From Paramecium tetraurelia (taxonomy: Eukaryota), in assembly GCA_000165425.1 (NCBI GenBank), contig CT868039.1, positions 186,001 through 236,632 of the forward strand: DNA of 50,632 bases. Direction: 5' to 3'. The translations under genes and the position numbers were made by a program. The notes below the pieces were generated by a model. That model saw only the letters and a list, made by a program, of their open reading frames with translations, was not told where the DNA came from and ran no database searches. Shown one piece after another: positions 1-12,213 of this stretch (positions are counted from its first letter, which is position 1; each line of letters begins with the position of its first letter).

Positions 1-775
1 AATGATTGTCTCAAGGCTATCCCATTTATTACTGAAGATCAATTGATGGAACAAATCGACAATTACAATTTACTACAGTAATTGGAAGATGAAAAGAAGG
101 AACTACTTACAGAATATAAAAGAAAGAAGGAGGAAAACAAGTAAATTCAATTACAACAAGAATAATTATAATAAGAGATTGAAAGGTAGAAATAAGTCAA
201 AAAACCCTTGGTACCATAAGAGGAGAGAGACAAATTGAAAGAAGAAATAAAGCAATGGAAGATTAAGAGGGTTACATAGAAAGCAATAGATGAAATTGAG
301 TATGATACAAAAAAAGACATAGAGAAATAGAAGTCTGAAATGTTAAAGAAGGAAAGAGAAGAAAAGAAATTGCAAGTCTAATATTTTAGGGAATAGAAAT
401 TGATTGAAAAGTAGAGAGAATAGGAGTTGAAATAAGTAGAAACAATGTCTAGAAGATATGTTAGTTAAGAAGCAAAGGAAAGGATAAAAATGAAAGAAAA
501 TCAATTACTTGAAAAAAAGAAAAGTATTCTTGAATAAAAATAAAAGAAATAATTTGATCAGGAGATGAAACAATAAGCAAGAGAGGAAGATAAAATATAT
601 TAAATTTGCTTATGTTGAATCAAAGTTAAATGAGACAACTAAAGCTGCAGAATTATAGAAGAGACAGAAATTTGATCCCAAAATTGATAATGGGAAATAT
701 GCAGATACTTTTGGAGGAAATCTACTAGGAGCTGGCAGAAGAGCCATTCCTGGTTGGAGATAGAATTTAGGTTGA
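1..775 (+). CDS. Coiled-coil protein, CCDC112-like (5' partial)
   Basis: Ciliate-code frame is K/E/Q-rich coiled coil ending ...GNLLGAGRRAIPGWRQNLG-TGA(773-775), resembling the CCDC112 C-terminal RAIPxWRQ motif; one apparent +1 frameshift near 586. Confidence 0.6.
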
Positions 776-807
776 ATGATCCTATTTATGATATTGATTT
801 TATGTTA

Positions 808-2002
808 TCAATTTAGTTATATTTCTGCAATTGATTTTCTTAATTCTTAACTTAAGCCTGAATTGAATATTATGAGTATTTGATTGACTGTTTCCACTTA
901 TCCAACTCTATAAGTTTATTTACATTGAATTACCTGCTATCAAATATGGCTCTAAGATTCTTCTCTTCGTCTGAGCAGGTTTTGACCCAATCGTTAAGTT
1001 CCTTAGTTTTGATGGCAGCAATTTATTTGTTGGTATTGACATCATTAGTAACTTCAACAATGTCTTATTGTAAATGCAAGACTTAAGCCTTCAATTCTGC
1101 AACAGATGCAGCCAAAGTCTGATTGGCCAAGAGTATGATCTCTCTACCTATAAGATAAATGAAGTACCTTTGTCTGATGAATTCCACTTCTCTTGCATCA
1201 TCAACCAATAATTCTTATTTTTGGAGTTCATAGATAGAATCAACTAATCCCTGAATTGTAGCAACGAGTCTCTCAACTTATTCTGGAGTTTTGGCTTGGG
1301 CTGAAGCTTTTAATAACAATTCAACCATGATGCCATAACCTCTGGGTGTTGGATGTGCTTCCTCTAAAAATAATGGATAAAATGTATACTGAATTTGAGA
1401 TAGTGTTCATTTGAATTGACTTGCAAGAAGCTAACAGAACCTAATCCAGAAACAATTGATTTGGCTTCTCCCAAAGCTGCCACATAGTTAGTTAATTCAT
1501 TTCTTCTTTCTTAGTATTCTTGTTTTTGTTATTCTCTTGTAGCTGTAATGAGTGCAAGTTTATCATTGTTTCTTTGTTCTTCAGAGTCCTTCACTAATGC
1601 TTATTCCTATTTACTAATCAATTCCTCATTGATTAATGGTACTAGGATATGAATGGAAGCATACGTTTTCTCTCATCATCAGCTCTCTTGGCATTTGCTC
1701 TATCAATAACACTCTAAGCATCGTCTTGTCTTGTTTGACATTAAGCTTGTCTGTTTCTCAAATTAGCTTGAATAGCTCCTTTTTCTTATTCAGCTGAATT
1801 TAATATTTCATTCAATGAGTCAACTACTGAATCTACTGCTGATCCATTTGATAATTCCATTTGGACTGTTTGCAATATTGTTCTTCCGAAATCTGTTTTC
1901 GGTAACTAAGTATTACGTTGTTTGTACTGTATTGAAGAGGTCGATGGCTTCGGTGGCTGATGACAAAGCAATCAAAACACAGAGAAATGCAATAATCTTC
2001 AT
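808..2002 (-). CDS. Trichocyst matrix protein (TMP) precursor
   Basis: Signal peptide MKIIAFLCVLIALSSA, then LPKTDFGRTILQTVQMELSNGSAVDSVVDSLNEIL typical of TMP/GRL proproteins; helical heptads; five short GT..AG introns. Confidence 0.8.
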
Positions 2003-2085
2003 TTAATTTATTAATCTGCATAGAAAACGACTTTTTGTATTTTCATCAAAATTTTTATATTATTAAATTGCATTCATTAATTATA

Positions 2086-2841
2086 TCAAGGAGTGCCTTC
2101 TTTCACAGCTTATTATTAAATTAACCTTATCGATTTGAATTCCTCCATAAAAGTAGGATTTATTGTACTTGAGTACGATTTGGATTTGGTCGAGTTATGC
2201 TGTTCGAATACCTGCTGAAATACCCACTTAAAACTAGCCACCTATTCAATTTGCTAAAAGGAAGTACATCTATAAGAATCAAATTCTTACATTCAATGAA
2301 ATACAGATTTTAGTAACTGAATCCGACTTCTATTCAGTGATAAACAATTTGATAGCCATAATCATTATTGTTGCCGATGTAGTATGGTCTTTTTATTAGA
2401 ATACTGGAAATGCTATAGATCTCATTTATCGGGCATTTGCCTAACGTTTATTCAATTGATACCATCTTCAGACAATTCTGAATGGTCTCATATATTAATT
2501 GCCTCTCTTCATCCTACTAATCCTAGAAACTCATTTCATTATTTTCTTGAACAACAGCCAATATATAATTTTTTTTGGTCTCTAATCTTTTTAAAGATGT
2601 AATTACTTTTGGTTGATCCTACAAAAATGCAATTCCCATTCGCCGGTATAAATGTAGGTTTATCATTCTAAGGAACATTTGAAAATTGCTAATCAGTTGG
2701 CCAAACTATACAATCTACTGACTCATTCTCAATGTTCCCCGCCGTTAAAAGCACATCACATCCATTAAATTTCTATTCGCATAATAATTGAGACATCGTC
2801 GATTGCATTCCGCTCTTGGAATAACAAAAATTATTTCCCAT
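2086..2841 (-). CDS. Degenerate macrodomain-like protein with acylation-type N-terminus
   Basis: MGNNFC N-terminus; VLLTAGNIENESVDCIVWPTD (cf. GDITxExVDAIVNAAN) and NCLKM..RSIAFP motifs; several short introns, splicing near 2240-2305 uncertain. Confidence 0.6.
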
Positions 2842-4704
2842 TATAGTTTTATATATTATTATACTATAATTTATAACAAATTAATTTATATTATCCTACT
2901 AAATATAATATATATTTTATATCTTCATTAAACGAAACATTCTAAAACTTATTATTTTGAATGTTAACTCTGTCACTAATTTCTGTGGTAAAAAATTTAT
3001 TAATAACTCTTTTTATTAAATATAATAGAGATTTGTAAATATTTGATAATTTTATTATTATCATAATTAAATTTCTTCATAAAGATTATATTTGTAAATA
3101 CAAGTAAAAGATATTATTAATTTAATACCTAATTTCCTATCACCTACTTTTTCTATATTTAATCTAAGGAGTGATAAATATTAAACATTATTAATTATTC
3201 ATATTATCTTTGTATACTTATTTAATAAAATTGATTGTTAATTTGGGGGTATCAAAATATAACATCAAAAATATATCTAATTTTAAAGAATCCTTTTTAT
3301 GAATGATTCAATATTGAATGTTATGACTATTATATTGAATTAAATCAATATTAAATATATATATTAAATTTATTGTTTTTTTAAATTCGCCCAAATTTAG
3401 AGTTTGAAATTTCAATTAAGAATTGATGACTAAATCTCAATTAATGAGAAAAATTAAAAATGTATAAATAATATTTTAATTCTTAAGGAAAAACCTTAAT
3501 CATTAAACTTGAATTTTCAACCAAAAATTATTAAGAATTACCAATCCAAGATGAAATTAAAAAACTAATTAAATTCTCCAGATTGATAATTTTACAATTA
3601 AAATTATCGAATTCATTATGGAATATTATGATAAGCAAAGCGTTATATTGATAGAGTAAAATTGAAAATAAATTCTTTATTTATCTTTCAAAAATGAAAA
3701 AAAATGTTCCAATCGCTTTTTATTCTAGAATATAAACATATTAAGATGAAATTATGGCATTTAAAATTCTTCTTGTTTTTGGTCAAATTGTAAGAAGAAA
3801 GAAAAATTGACATTAATGTGAATAACTGATGGATAATGTAAATTATAATGAAAGCAAGGAAAAATTCTTTTAAGACCAAACTATTTTTTTATTAAAAAAT
3901 TTATTACAAATTTGCAAATCGTAACCTTTATTTATCTTAATAACTAGTCAATATTATATTTATAAACTTTTTTGTCTAATCTATAATTTTTTTTCTAATT
4001 TCAATTTGATAACTTTGATAGTTTTGTTTTATAGTCATTTGCTTTACAATTATACTATTTTATATCTAATATTTACAATATAGACAGTTGTAATCAAAAT
4101 TAATAACTATCAAACATTTTGAGATAGTCTCAATAATTTATGTTCTTTTGAAAATATAAAATTTAATGAATTTTAGTAAAAATGATTGGAAGAGTATATT
4201 TTAAGAAAAATACTTTTTTGATCACTGTAATAATCCCTCCCTTTTGTGTATTCTGGCAATCTAATGTATAAAATAAGTATAAGGACAAAAACTAAATAGT
4301 ATTCATCTTCTACAAAAATCAATATGAAAAATTAGGTTTCATTTATTTCTTATATTGATAAGTTATGAAAATAATAATTTTACAATAAGAGAATTAAATA
4401 TTGATTTTACAAGAGAAATTCATCCTACTTTACTCTTTATTACTTTCAAATACTTTCATTGGTTTTATTTAATTCTTATCTAATGATAAAGTTATTTTAA
4501 TTTAACTTTTTATTAAAAATTAATTTTTCTAACTATAAAAATTATGATTAAATCCAAATTAATAGAATGATAGAATTGGAAATCATTGCCTTACTTGTTT
4601 TATTTAAAAATAAACTACATTTGGACAAGGCATGTATTAATTTCCTCAAAATATCTTTATTTGACCTATCAAATCAAATATAATCCATAATTAGATATTA
4701 ATTT

Positions 4705-6147
4705 ATGAAAACTCTAAAAAATGCAGATTTCTTTGGTGTTCCATTTGTATAAAACATAGATCATGGATAAACAAAATACAAAAGTACTTTTGGGGGAATA
4801 ATAACAATCACAATCTTTTCAGTTAGTTTGGCTTACGTAATTTGGATTGGCTACCTCTGGTAAACTAATTAAATGAGCCCAAAAATTTCACGTCAAAATT
4901 ACATATCTGACTATTCTTTGCTAGACTTAAGTTAGGATGTAATAAGACTTTACTATTGGAAAGGTACTGAGGACAGAATTGATCCATTTGTAAGTAATAT
5001 TTTATTGCCACTTGTAATGTACTCTAAAGACACTGAATTGACAGCGCCTCAATTAATAAAAAATCATATCGTCGATTCCAATGTAGATCTGTATGTACCA
5101 GATATGAAATTTGGTTTTACTTATTATGAGGGTATTATATACACTTCGAATGAAATGTATGTAGAAGTAGTGTTATGTGATGAGATATATTTACAACCTG
5201 GTGAAAAATGTGCATCCCAAGAACTTAGAGACCAATTCTTCGCCTAACGAGGCAATGAAGTGATAATTGAATTTTATTCGACAACAATAGACCCTCGGGA
5301 TGGAAAAGAATAACGCGGCTACTAAGAATATTATATATAAATAGAGGAGTAGTTTTGCTATTCAGTAGCAGCTTTGTTTAAGACAACATTATTTGAGCTC
5401 TAAAATATGTTATTATTTGGTCCCTCTCAATACAAGGAATATATTGTTGATGTTTCAATACAAACCTAAACAAATTCTCGTGAATATTGCTCAAACTTAT
5501 TTGAGACTGAAGCAATTGGAGTAGTTTATCTTGCAATGAGAGGAACTCAAGAAAAAACAGTATTAGAGTATCCACGTTTAGGAGATCTATTAGCAAATGT
5601 GGGATCTATTGTATCAATACTATTTATCATGAAATACTTCATTATGTTTTTAAATGAATATTATTTAAATCAAAAGGTATTAAAAGAGATCATAAGCTTT
5701 TATTACCCAGAATTTAAAAGAATATAAATTAAAAAGAATTGGAGGGGGAAAATGGTTGATGTTAGTTTAAATAAGGTAAAAATAGATCCTAAAAATTATA
5801 AGAAATTTTATGAGAAAGTTTCTAGCTAAATGCAAAAAAAGTTAAGTTATTTGAATTTATTGTATGAGATATCTAGGATGTATTTCGTTATGAGATCATC
5901 AAAATTCAGAAATGAATTTCATAAATCTCATTAAATAGGAATAAAAATAAGCTTGTTTTAGTAAAAAGAGAGTGAAATGATTTTAACTCCTAAGTCAGAA
6001 AAATATTTTGAAAATAATCATGTTCTGAATGAGGATGATGCAGAAATATTAAATTACAACAGAACAAACATAGTTAGAAATTATGAGCTAATTTCAGAAG
6101 AGATTTACAATGAAATGGATTATTACTATATGAATAAGATTTCATGA
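4705..6147 (+). CDS. Ciliate-expanded two-TM membrane protein (copy 1)
   Basis: Intronless 480-codon frame: ADFFGVPF..KYKSTFGGIITITIFSVSLAYVIWIGYLW (TM1), long loop, YPRLGDLLANVGSIVSILFIM (TM2), cytoplasmic tail. Confidence 0.85.
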
Positions 6148-7488
6148 AATATAGATTTTAAAAACATAATTACATAATAATTCTACTTAATTAATAAAGC
6201 CTATCATTCAAAATATTTTATTTATAATCTGAACCCTCTTTAATAATCTAGGATTTATGGTTATGCAGTGATAAAAATAAAATATATGGATAATATTAAT
6301 TTTTCAAATTTAAATGACCTAATTTATATTTTTATTTTAAAAATGAATAAGGAAATAATTTTAAATCTATTCATTTAGCTTATATTAAATATAAATACAA
6401 TACTATACCTTCCGCAAAGAAGTTCTTATAAACAAATAAAGAATGCATAACTGATTATATATGCATCAAGATAAAGCCTAAATATGGAAATCTTAAATTT
6501 TAATTTTATATATTTATTATCTACCTATTGTCTTATTAGAAGTTTTTAGTTTATTTATGCATTCTGAAAAAGTTTATAAAGTTCCTAAGAACAATCTTGG
6601 TTGAAATTGAAATATTTGGCAAGTAGCCTAATTTCATATCTTAGAGATACAAATCTAAATGACATACTAAAATATGCCTATAAAGGAATCTCCAACTATG
6701 TATTTTCATAATTTTTGATATTATAACTCAGCTAGGACAGTTATAAATCCTCCTTCAGTCTTCTTTATCGTATGATCCTGTGTCTCCTAATTTCTCAATT
6801 TCCATTCTATATTCCTCTTTATCTTGTTATTTCACAGCCCATACGCAAACCTATATATTAATGAATTAAAAAGCATAATTAATACAGCAATATCAGATAT
6901 TCGATATTTTTAGATTTGATCCATTTATTATTTAATTAACAATTTTGGATTAATCTTTTTTTCAATTAGAATAATTTTAAAAATATATTGTCTTAACTAT
7001 GTTTGTAAATCTGATTCTTTGTTTAATAATATTGATAATAAATTTATGAATTTTTTAAACTTGATTAGAGTGACTTTTATATTAATGTAATTTATAAGTG
7101 CTTTATTATATCATATTTACATAAAAGGTGCTCTATTTGATTTTTGATATTGAATTTCTTGGCATATTTAGTTCTCTATTGGATTTTTAAAAAGATAAAT
7201 TATTTTCTTTTAGAGAACAAAACATTTCAGCAAATTAGATTCAAAAAGGTAAAATATTTGATATAAATAATTTAATATACTTTTCTAGATGAAATTCATT
7301 ATGTTTTCCAACCTAATTGGAACACATTTTGAGTCTCTAGAGTATATGAGGTAACAGGATTATGATTTGGAGGGAACAACTGGAATCGACCTTGAATCTC
7401 CATATTGATTAACCTCCTCTTCCATATACCTGATTGCCAACACTCATTCTATTATAATCTCACTTTTTACATTCTATTATTTTTAGGA

Positions 7489-8925
7489 ATGTACAACAGA
7501 AGACCTGAAAGCAAAAATTCACAAATTACAATTTTACTCCATAAAGTGGCAACTGGGTATGAAGTACTGGAGGTGCAAACAGAATAGCGAAAGATGATTC
7601 CAAAGCCTCAAGCATAGGTGAATCCACCATTTGTTAAAAAAGAAAACACCACAACTAACATTACTTAAGAAGCAACACAAAGCAAGGTAATAATTGGACT
7701 TCAACCTTTTTAGAAGGATTGGTTTTTACAAAATTGGGAAGCCATCATCCCAGCTCCTGCTCGGTGGTTTCAGATTGATTCCATCCATCAAATCGAAAAG
7801 GATTCCCTCCCAGAATTTTTCCATCAACATTTTCACAATGACCTTTCATACTATAAGGGCAACTACAAGACTCCTCTTACTTACCTCAAAATAAGGAACA
7901 ACATCCTATAAAAGTGGATAAGCACCCAAACTAAATATCTTAAATTTACTGATTGTCTCAATTTTATAAGTGGAGATGCTTCATCTTTATTGAGAGTCTA
8001 CACTTTCTTAGAACATTGGGGATTAATCAATTTCTAATACGAATCCCAACAATCTTCCAAATTAGGGACAAGTGTATCAATAAAATGGCACTTTCTTAGA
8101 AAGAATCAAACTCAATTTCCAAAGCAATCAAATCAATTTCCATAGTGAACCTCATTATGAGTAAGCATTATGTTCATTACATAGATGTCACATATGTGAT
8201 ATGAAAGCCTATCCATTCCACTAATAGAAGAAGGAAAATTTGGCATCTTTTCAATTACAACCATTATTGTTGTGTAATAATTGTTTCCTTGACAAAAAAT
8301 ATCCGAAATTTTTGAAAAACGAAGATTTCTGTAAGTATCTTTCTTACTATCCTTAGAATAATTCCAATAAACCTAGAAATATGCACCTTGGACTCAAGAA
8401 GAGATATATCGATTGCTTGAATTAGTATACAAACACAAAGAAAAATGGAATGAAATTGCAAAGTACTTTACGAAAAGATCTCTGACTGAAATTGTTAAAA
8501 TGTATCTGTAACTTCCATATTCAAACTTATTTCCATCTTTGGATAAGGAACCTTCAATCCCAAAAAAACCATAAAAAGTAAAATATCTTCAGTAACTCTC
8601 TTAGGAACACATCACATTCCATAATGATGCGAGTAATCCTATTCAATTGGGAGTTGCTTGTTTCAAGTCACAATTGGATAAGCTCAAACTGCCTAATATT
8701 GAAGTCATTTAAAGTTAGGAACCAGATAAAATGGATGAAAATTTAAAGCAAATGATCTCGGTGTAAATGGAAAAGATTGAGGAACAATTATTATATCTTG
8801 AAACTTATGAGCAATTAGTCAACCAAGAAAAATAATGTGTTTAAACTATTCAAAAAAAGAATTTATAAATGTAAGTTTAAGTCTAGACTAATGATATTGT
8901 AAGTGATAATATGATGTTTTTATGA
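7489..8925 (+). CDS. SWI3/SMARCC-like chromatin remodelling subunit (SWIRM, ZZ-like, SANT)
   Basis: SWIRM: IIPAPARWFQIDSIHQIEKDSLPEFF...RVYTFLEHWGLINF; CHICD..LCNNCF; SANT: WTQEEIYRLLELVYKHKEKWNEIAKY; one +1 frameshift near 8042; start codon uncertain. Confidence 0.85.
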
Positions 8926-9037
8926 AACCCATCAATTATAATAACTATAATCCATTAAACAATATTTATATTACATATCCATTTCCAAATCATTTAGAAT
9001 TCAATAAAAAATGCCAGAATTTAAAATTAATAATAAA

Positions 9038-9352
9038 TCATAATTTCTAAACATTCTCATATTTCATATGATAATTGAAATCATCAAAAAGATTGTTAAT
9101 CCTCTTGATGCATGCTTGCTCTTCCTTCTCTTATAAACAATACTCGAATTTTAATTCACAAAATTTAATGAATATTTCAGATTTCATCTATAATTTCTTA
9201 AATCTCTTCTCTTTAATTAGCATGCAATCAGCAAATGCATCCATATTCTTTGAATGTTGGTAACATAATTCTTCTTTTTGTTTTATGAGTTAGTTGGCTA
9301 AATTAACGTGATTGTTTATTAATTCTCCTATAATTGGTTATGAATGAAACAT
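9038..9352 (-). CDS. Small Cys-containing helical protein (104 aa), unknown function
   Basis: Intronless ATG..TGA frame in ciliate code: MFHSQPIIGELINNHV...LCYQHSKNMDAFADCM...FCELKFEYCLQEKEEQACIKR. Confidence 0.65.
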
Positions 9353-9969
9353 TATAATTATTACTATTTAAATCAATTCAAAAATAAACTTGTATACTAT
9401 ACATTTCTATTCAACATTATATTTTAAATTCTCTAAATGGTGCTCCTAACTTTTCTAAGCAGATTCTTAATGGTTTTGACTTTCTAGCACTTAATGATAA
9501 ACGCTAAATCTTTCTATATATCGTAATCTTTTGCTTGATGTTGTTGGTCATAATAAAGATGTAGAAAATTTACAGAGACTACTTTCAACGTCTTAAAGTA
9601 GATAAATCTATGGATAAACCAGATAATCCATCTCGTTGTTGCTGTAGTTGCTTTACTATGGCAAGTGTCATTTGCTTATTTAAAAATTCAATTCTAGATT
9701 TTGTGATCGTAATACGGATGTTATTTAATTTTAGAGTATAATTTAAATGAATAGATAATCCATAGTATAAATTAAATTTCTCAGTTGTAAGGTCAATTTT
9801 ATTTGATGAGTCAATTATTATATACAATATTATTATAATACGAATGAAAATTAATAATATCAAATTTTATTTAATATTAATGTAATATATTTATCATAAT
9901 TTGCATTATTAATTACTTTTTAACATAATTTCAATATCTAAAAAGAAAATTATTTTAAAATAGAACTTT

Positions 9970-11028
9970 ATGATTATAATCCCCCTCCTCATAGTGATTA
10001 GCCATGCCTGTACTAACTCAGCAAACACAGGATGGATCAACAATTACTCCAAGATGTTGATTACAACAGTCAATTCCATAACAAATGTGGATCTCACAAC
10101 GGTCTGTCCTAAAATTGATCCAGCTAAGGTTCCAGGTTTACCACCCTATCAATACCTGAGTTCTAGCAGCTGTCTTGGATATTTAGGACCATTGGGCCCT
10201 TATGGACCATTATCTTCACTGGGACCTCTCTCCAATCCTTTTTGGTACCCCTCCAGCTTTTTTGGACAAATCTAATTGCCTACTAATCTATAGTAGATAA
10301 TCCAATGGAGTCAAATTTAGTTTGGAGCTCCAATGTCAAAGGATGGCCCATTGGGATATAAAGGTCCTTTGGCCACAACTCAATATTATGGATAATAAGA
10401 TCCAGGGAAAACCTTATTTGAATCCAATGACTTTGCTGTACAATTAAGAGCCTTTGGTTTATGGTCAGCACTTGGCCCAATTGGACCATTAGGACCTTTA
10501 GGACCCTTGGGACCCTTAGGACCCATAGGAGATCATGGATACAGTGTAGACCTTAATGGAAACTATCTTAATGGTACTAAAATAGTGAAGACGGTTACCA
10601 TAGATTACGATGGTAGTAGTACTAGAACATATCCTTTGTATGAGTTTTATTAGAGCAGTTATGCTAAGACTGTTCAATTGGATACATCATTTTTAGTAGA
10701 GAGTGATGTTTGTTAAGGGGATGATGCCTATCAAATCGGTGGTCTTCCGTTTAATTAAATCGTCACATTTGTTTTGACTCCTCTTTTGGCTTTGGATTCC
10801 TACTCTTTGATTTTACAGGATCAATTTGGTAGAGTGCTTGCTTAATCAAATGCTGACAATTACATTCAGACAATTTAATTGAATGTTAAGATGAATACTA
10901 AACTAAGTGTGACTGTCCATCCAATATTCCTCTCTACAACAATTGGATCTTATAGACTATTCGTCACAGGATCAACATAATACATTACTTAGTACAATAT
11001 ATCTGGAAATCAAATTTTATCCAATTGA
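9970..11028 (+). CDS. Secreted protein with Gly-Pro-Leu repeats (352 aa)
   Basis: Intronless; signal peptide MIIIPLLIVISHA; LGYLGPLGPYGPLSSLGPL, DGPLGYKGPL, LGPIGPLGPLGPLGPLGPIG; beta-rich C-terminal half. Confidence 0.85.
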
Positions 11029-11049
11029 TTTTATTAAATGTTATATAAT

Positions 11050-11594
11050 TCATTAGTCCTCAAACTATTTTTTATGCATGGCATCTCTAATTAAATTCTT
11101 CTCATTATAGTGTTATTTTCTTTTCTTGACAAACTCATCATGCTTTTTTCTTTTTTCCTCTTCTTCTGCCGAATCATCATCATCCATGTTTTTTCTTTCT
11201 CTCTCCAAATCCTCTTTCAATCTCTTATTCAATTCTTCGATATCCAATTTCTTTTGATGTTGCTACATTTAAGGGATCTTACTTTACTTGTTGCAATTTT
11301 TGTTTATTCAATTAAGCCTCTACCAAATCTTGCTCGATTTCATCTTCTACTTCAATTTTATCTTCCTGCTGATTTTATTGTATGATTTCATCTTCATAAG
11401 GTGTTTTAGGTTCATCAATTTTCGTCTTGTTTCCTCTCTCCAAGTCTTGCTATCTAATAAATTTGGAATATTCCTTACTGTATTGTATGCTCATCCCAAT
11501 GCAATTCTTTCTTCCTACAATAAAATTCATTTCAATACATATCTATATCGTGTTGGGACTACTTCTTCAAAATCCCCTTTGATGATGATTTCAT
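11050..11594 (-). CDS. PPP1R2: Protein phosphatase 1 inhibitor-2
   Basis: All inhibitor-2 motifs present: KGILKK (SILK), LHWDE, KIDEPKTPY, FVKKRKQHYNE; two short introns. Confidence 0.9.
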
Positions 11595-11805
11595 TTTCAA
11601 GATATTTATATAAATTACGAAAATTATTTGATTCAAACTTTTAAGAATTATATAATGAGTAAAATCCCATTTATAAATAAATTAATAAATTAGAGAATTT
11701 AATAAAGATTACAGATTATTTTTATTTTATAAAGCCAATAAATTTTTATGATAATTTTATTAAAAATTTAAAACAATATGGAAGTCACTAGTACATACTT
11801 TGAGC

Positions 11806-12195
11806 TCATCTTGTAAACTATTTGATAATAGAATCGTTCTTTCCTATTTGTCTGTTTTTCTCATATATTTTTATTTGTTGCAATATGGGTCCAATGTAGC
11901 TATGCTTCAATTGTTTCTTGGGAGAGAATTACGCCTTCTTTATAAAGTTTCCTTGCAAGTAATGCTGTTTCTAGGACAATACATAGGCATTGTCTATGAC
12001 CACTGAGTTCTTAACGTAGCATTGAAAAATTCGACGCTTTTTGGGAGGAAGTGATTGGTGGGATTTAGGGTTATTCTGTGCGGGTGCTGTGTTTACGCAG
12101 TAGAGCGATTCACTCAAAAACCTGAGCTGATTGGTGGGAGTGTTGGATGTGGAGTATTCTTCCCATCCCTATAAATGTGAGTATTTTTTGTTCAT
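11806..12195 (-). CDS. Hypothetical basic protein (129 aa)
   Basis: Uninterrupted ATG..TGA frame in ciliate code: MNKKYSHLQGWEEYSTSNTPTNQLRF...PPKKRRIF... Confidence 0.6.
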
Positions 12196-12213
12196 AATTC
12201 TTTTAATTAAATA

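Noticed and set aside
9420..9750. Coding-like composition between two genes
   Set aside because: No consistent ATG-to-TGA model on either strand
12030..12170. GC-richer segment with a repeated TGATTGGTGGGA that looked like a structured ncRNA (snoRNA, SRP, RNase MRP)
   Set aside because: Fully explained by the open minus-strand frame 11806-12195; no diagnostic RNA motifs recognised
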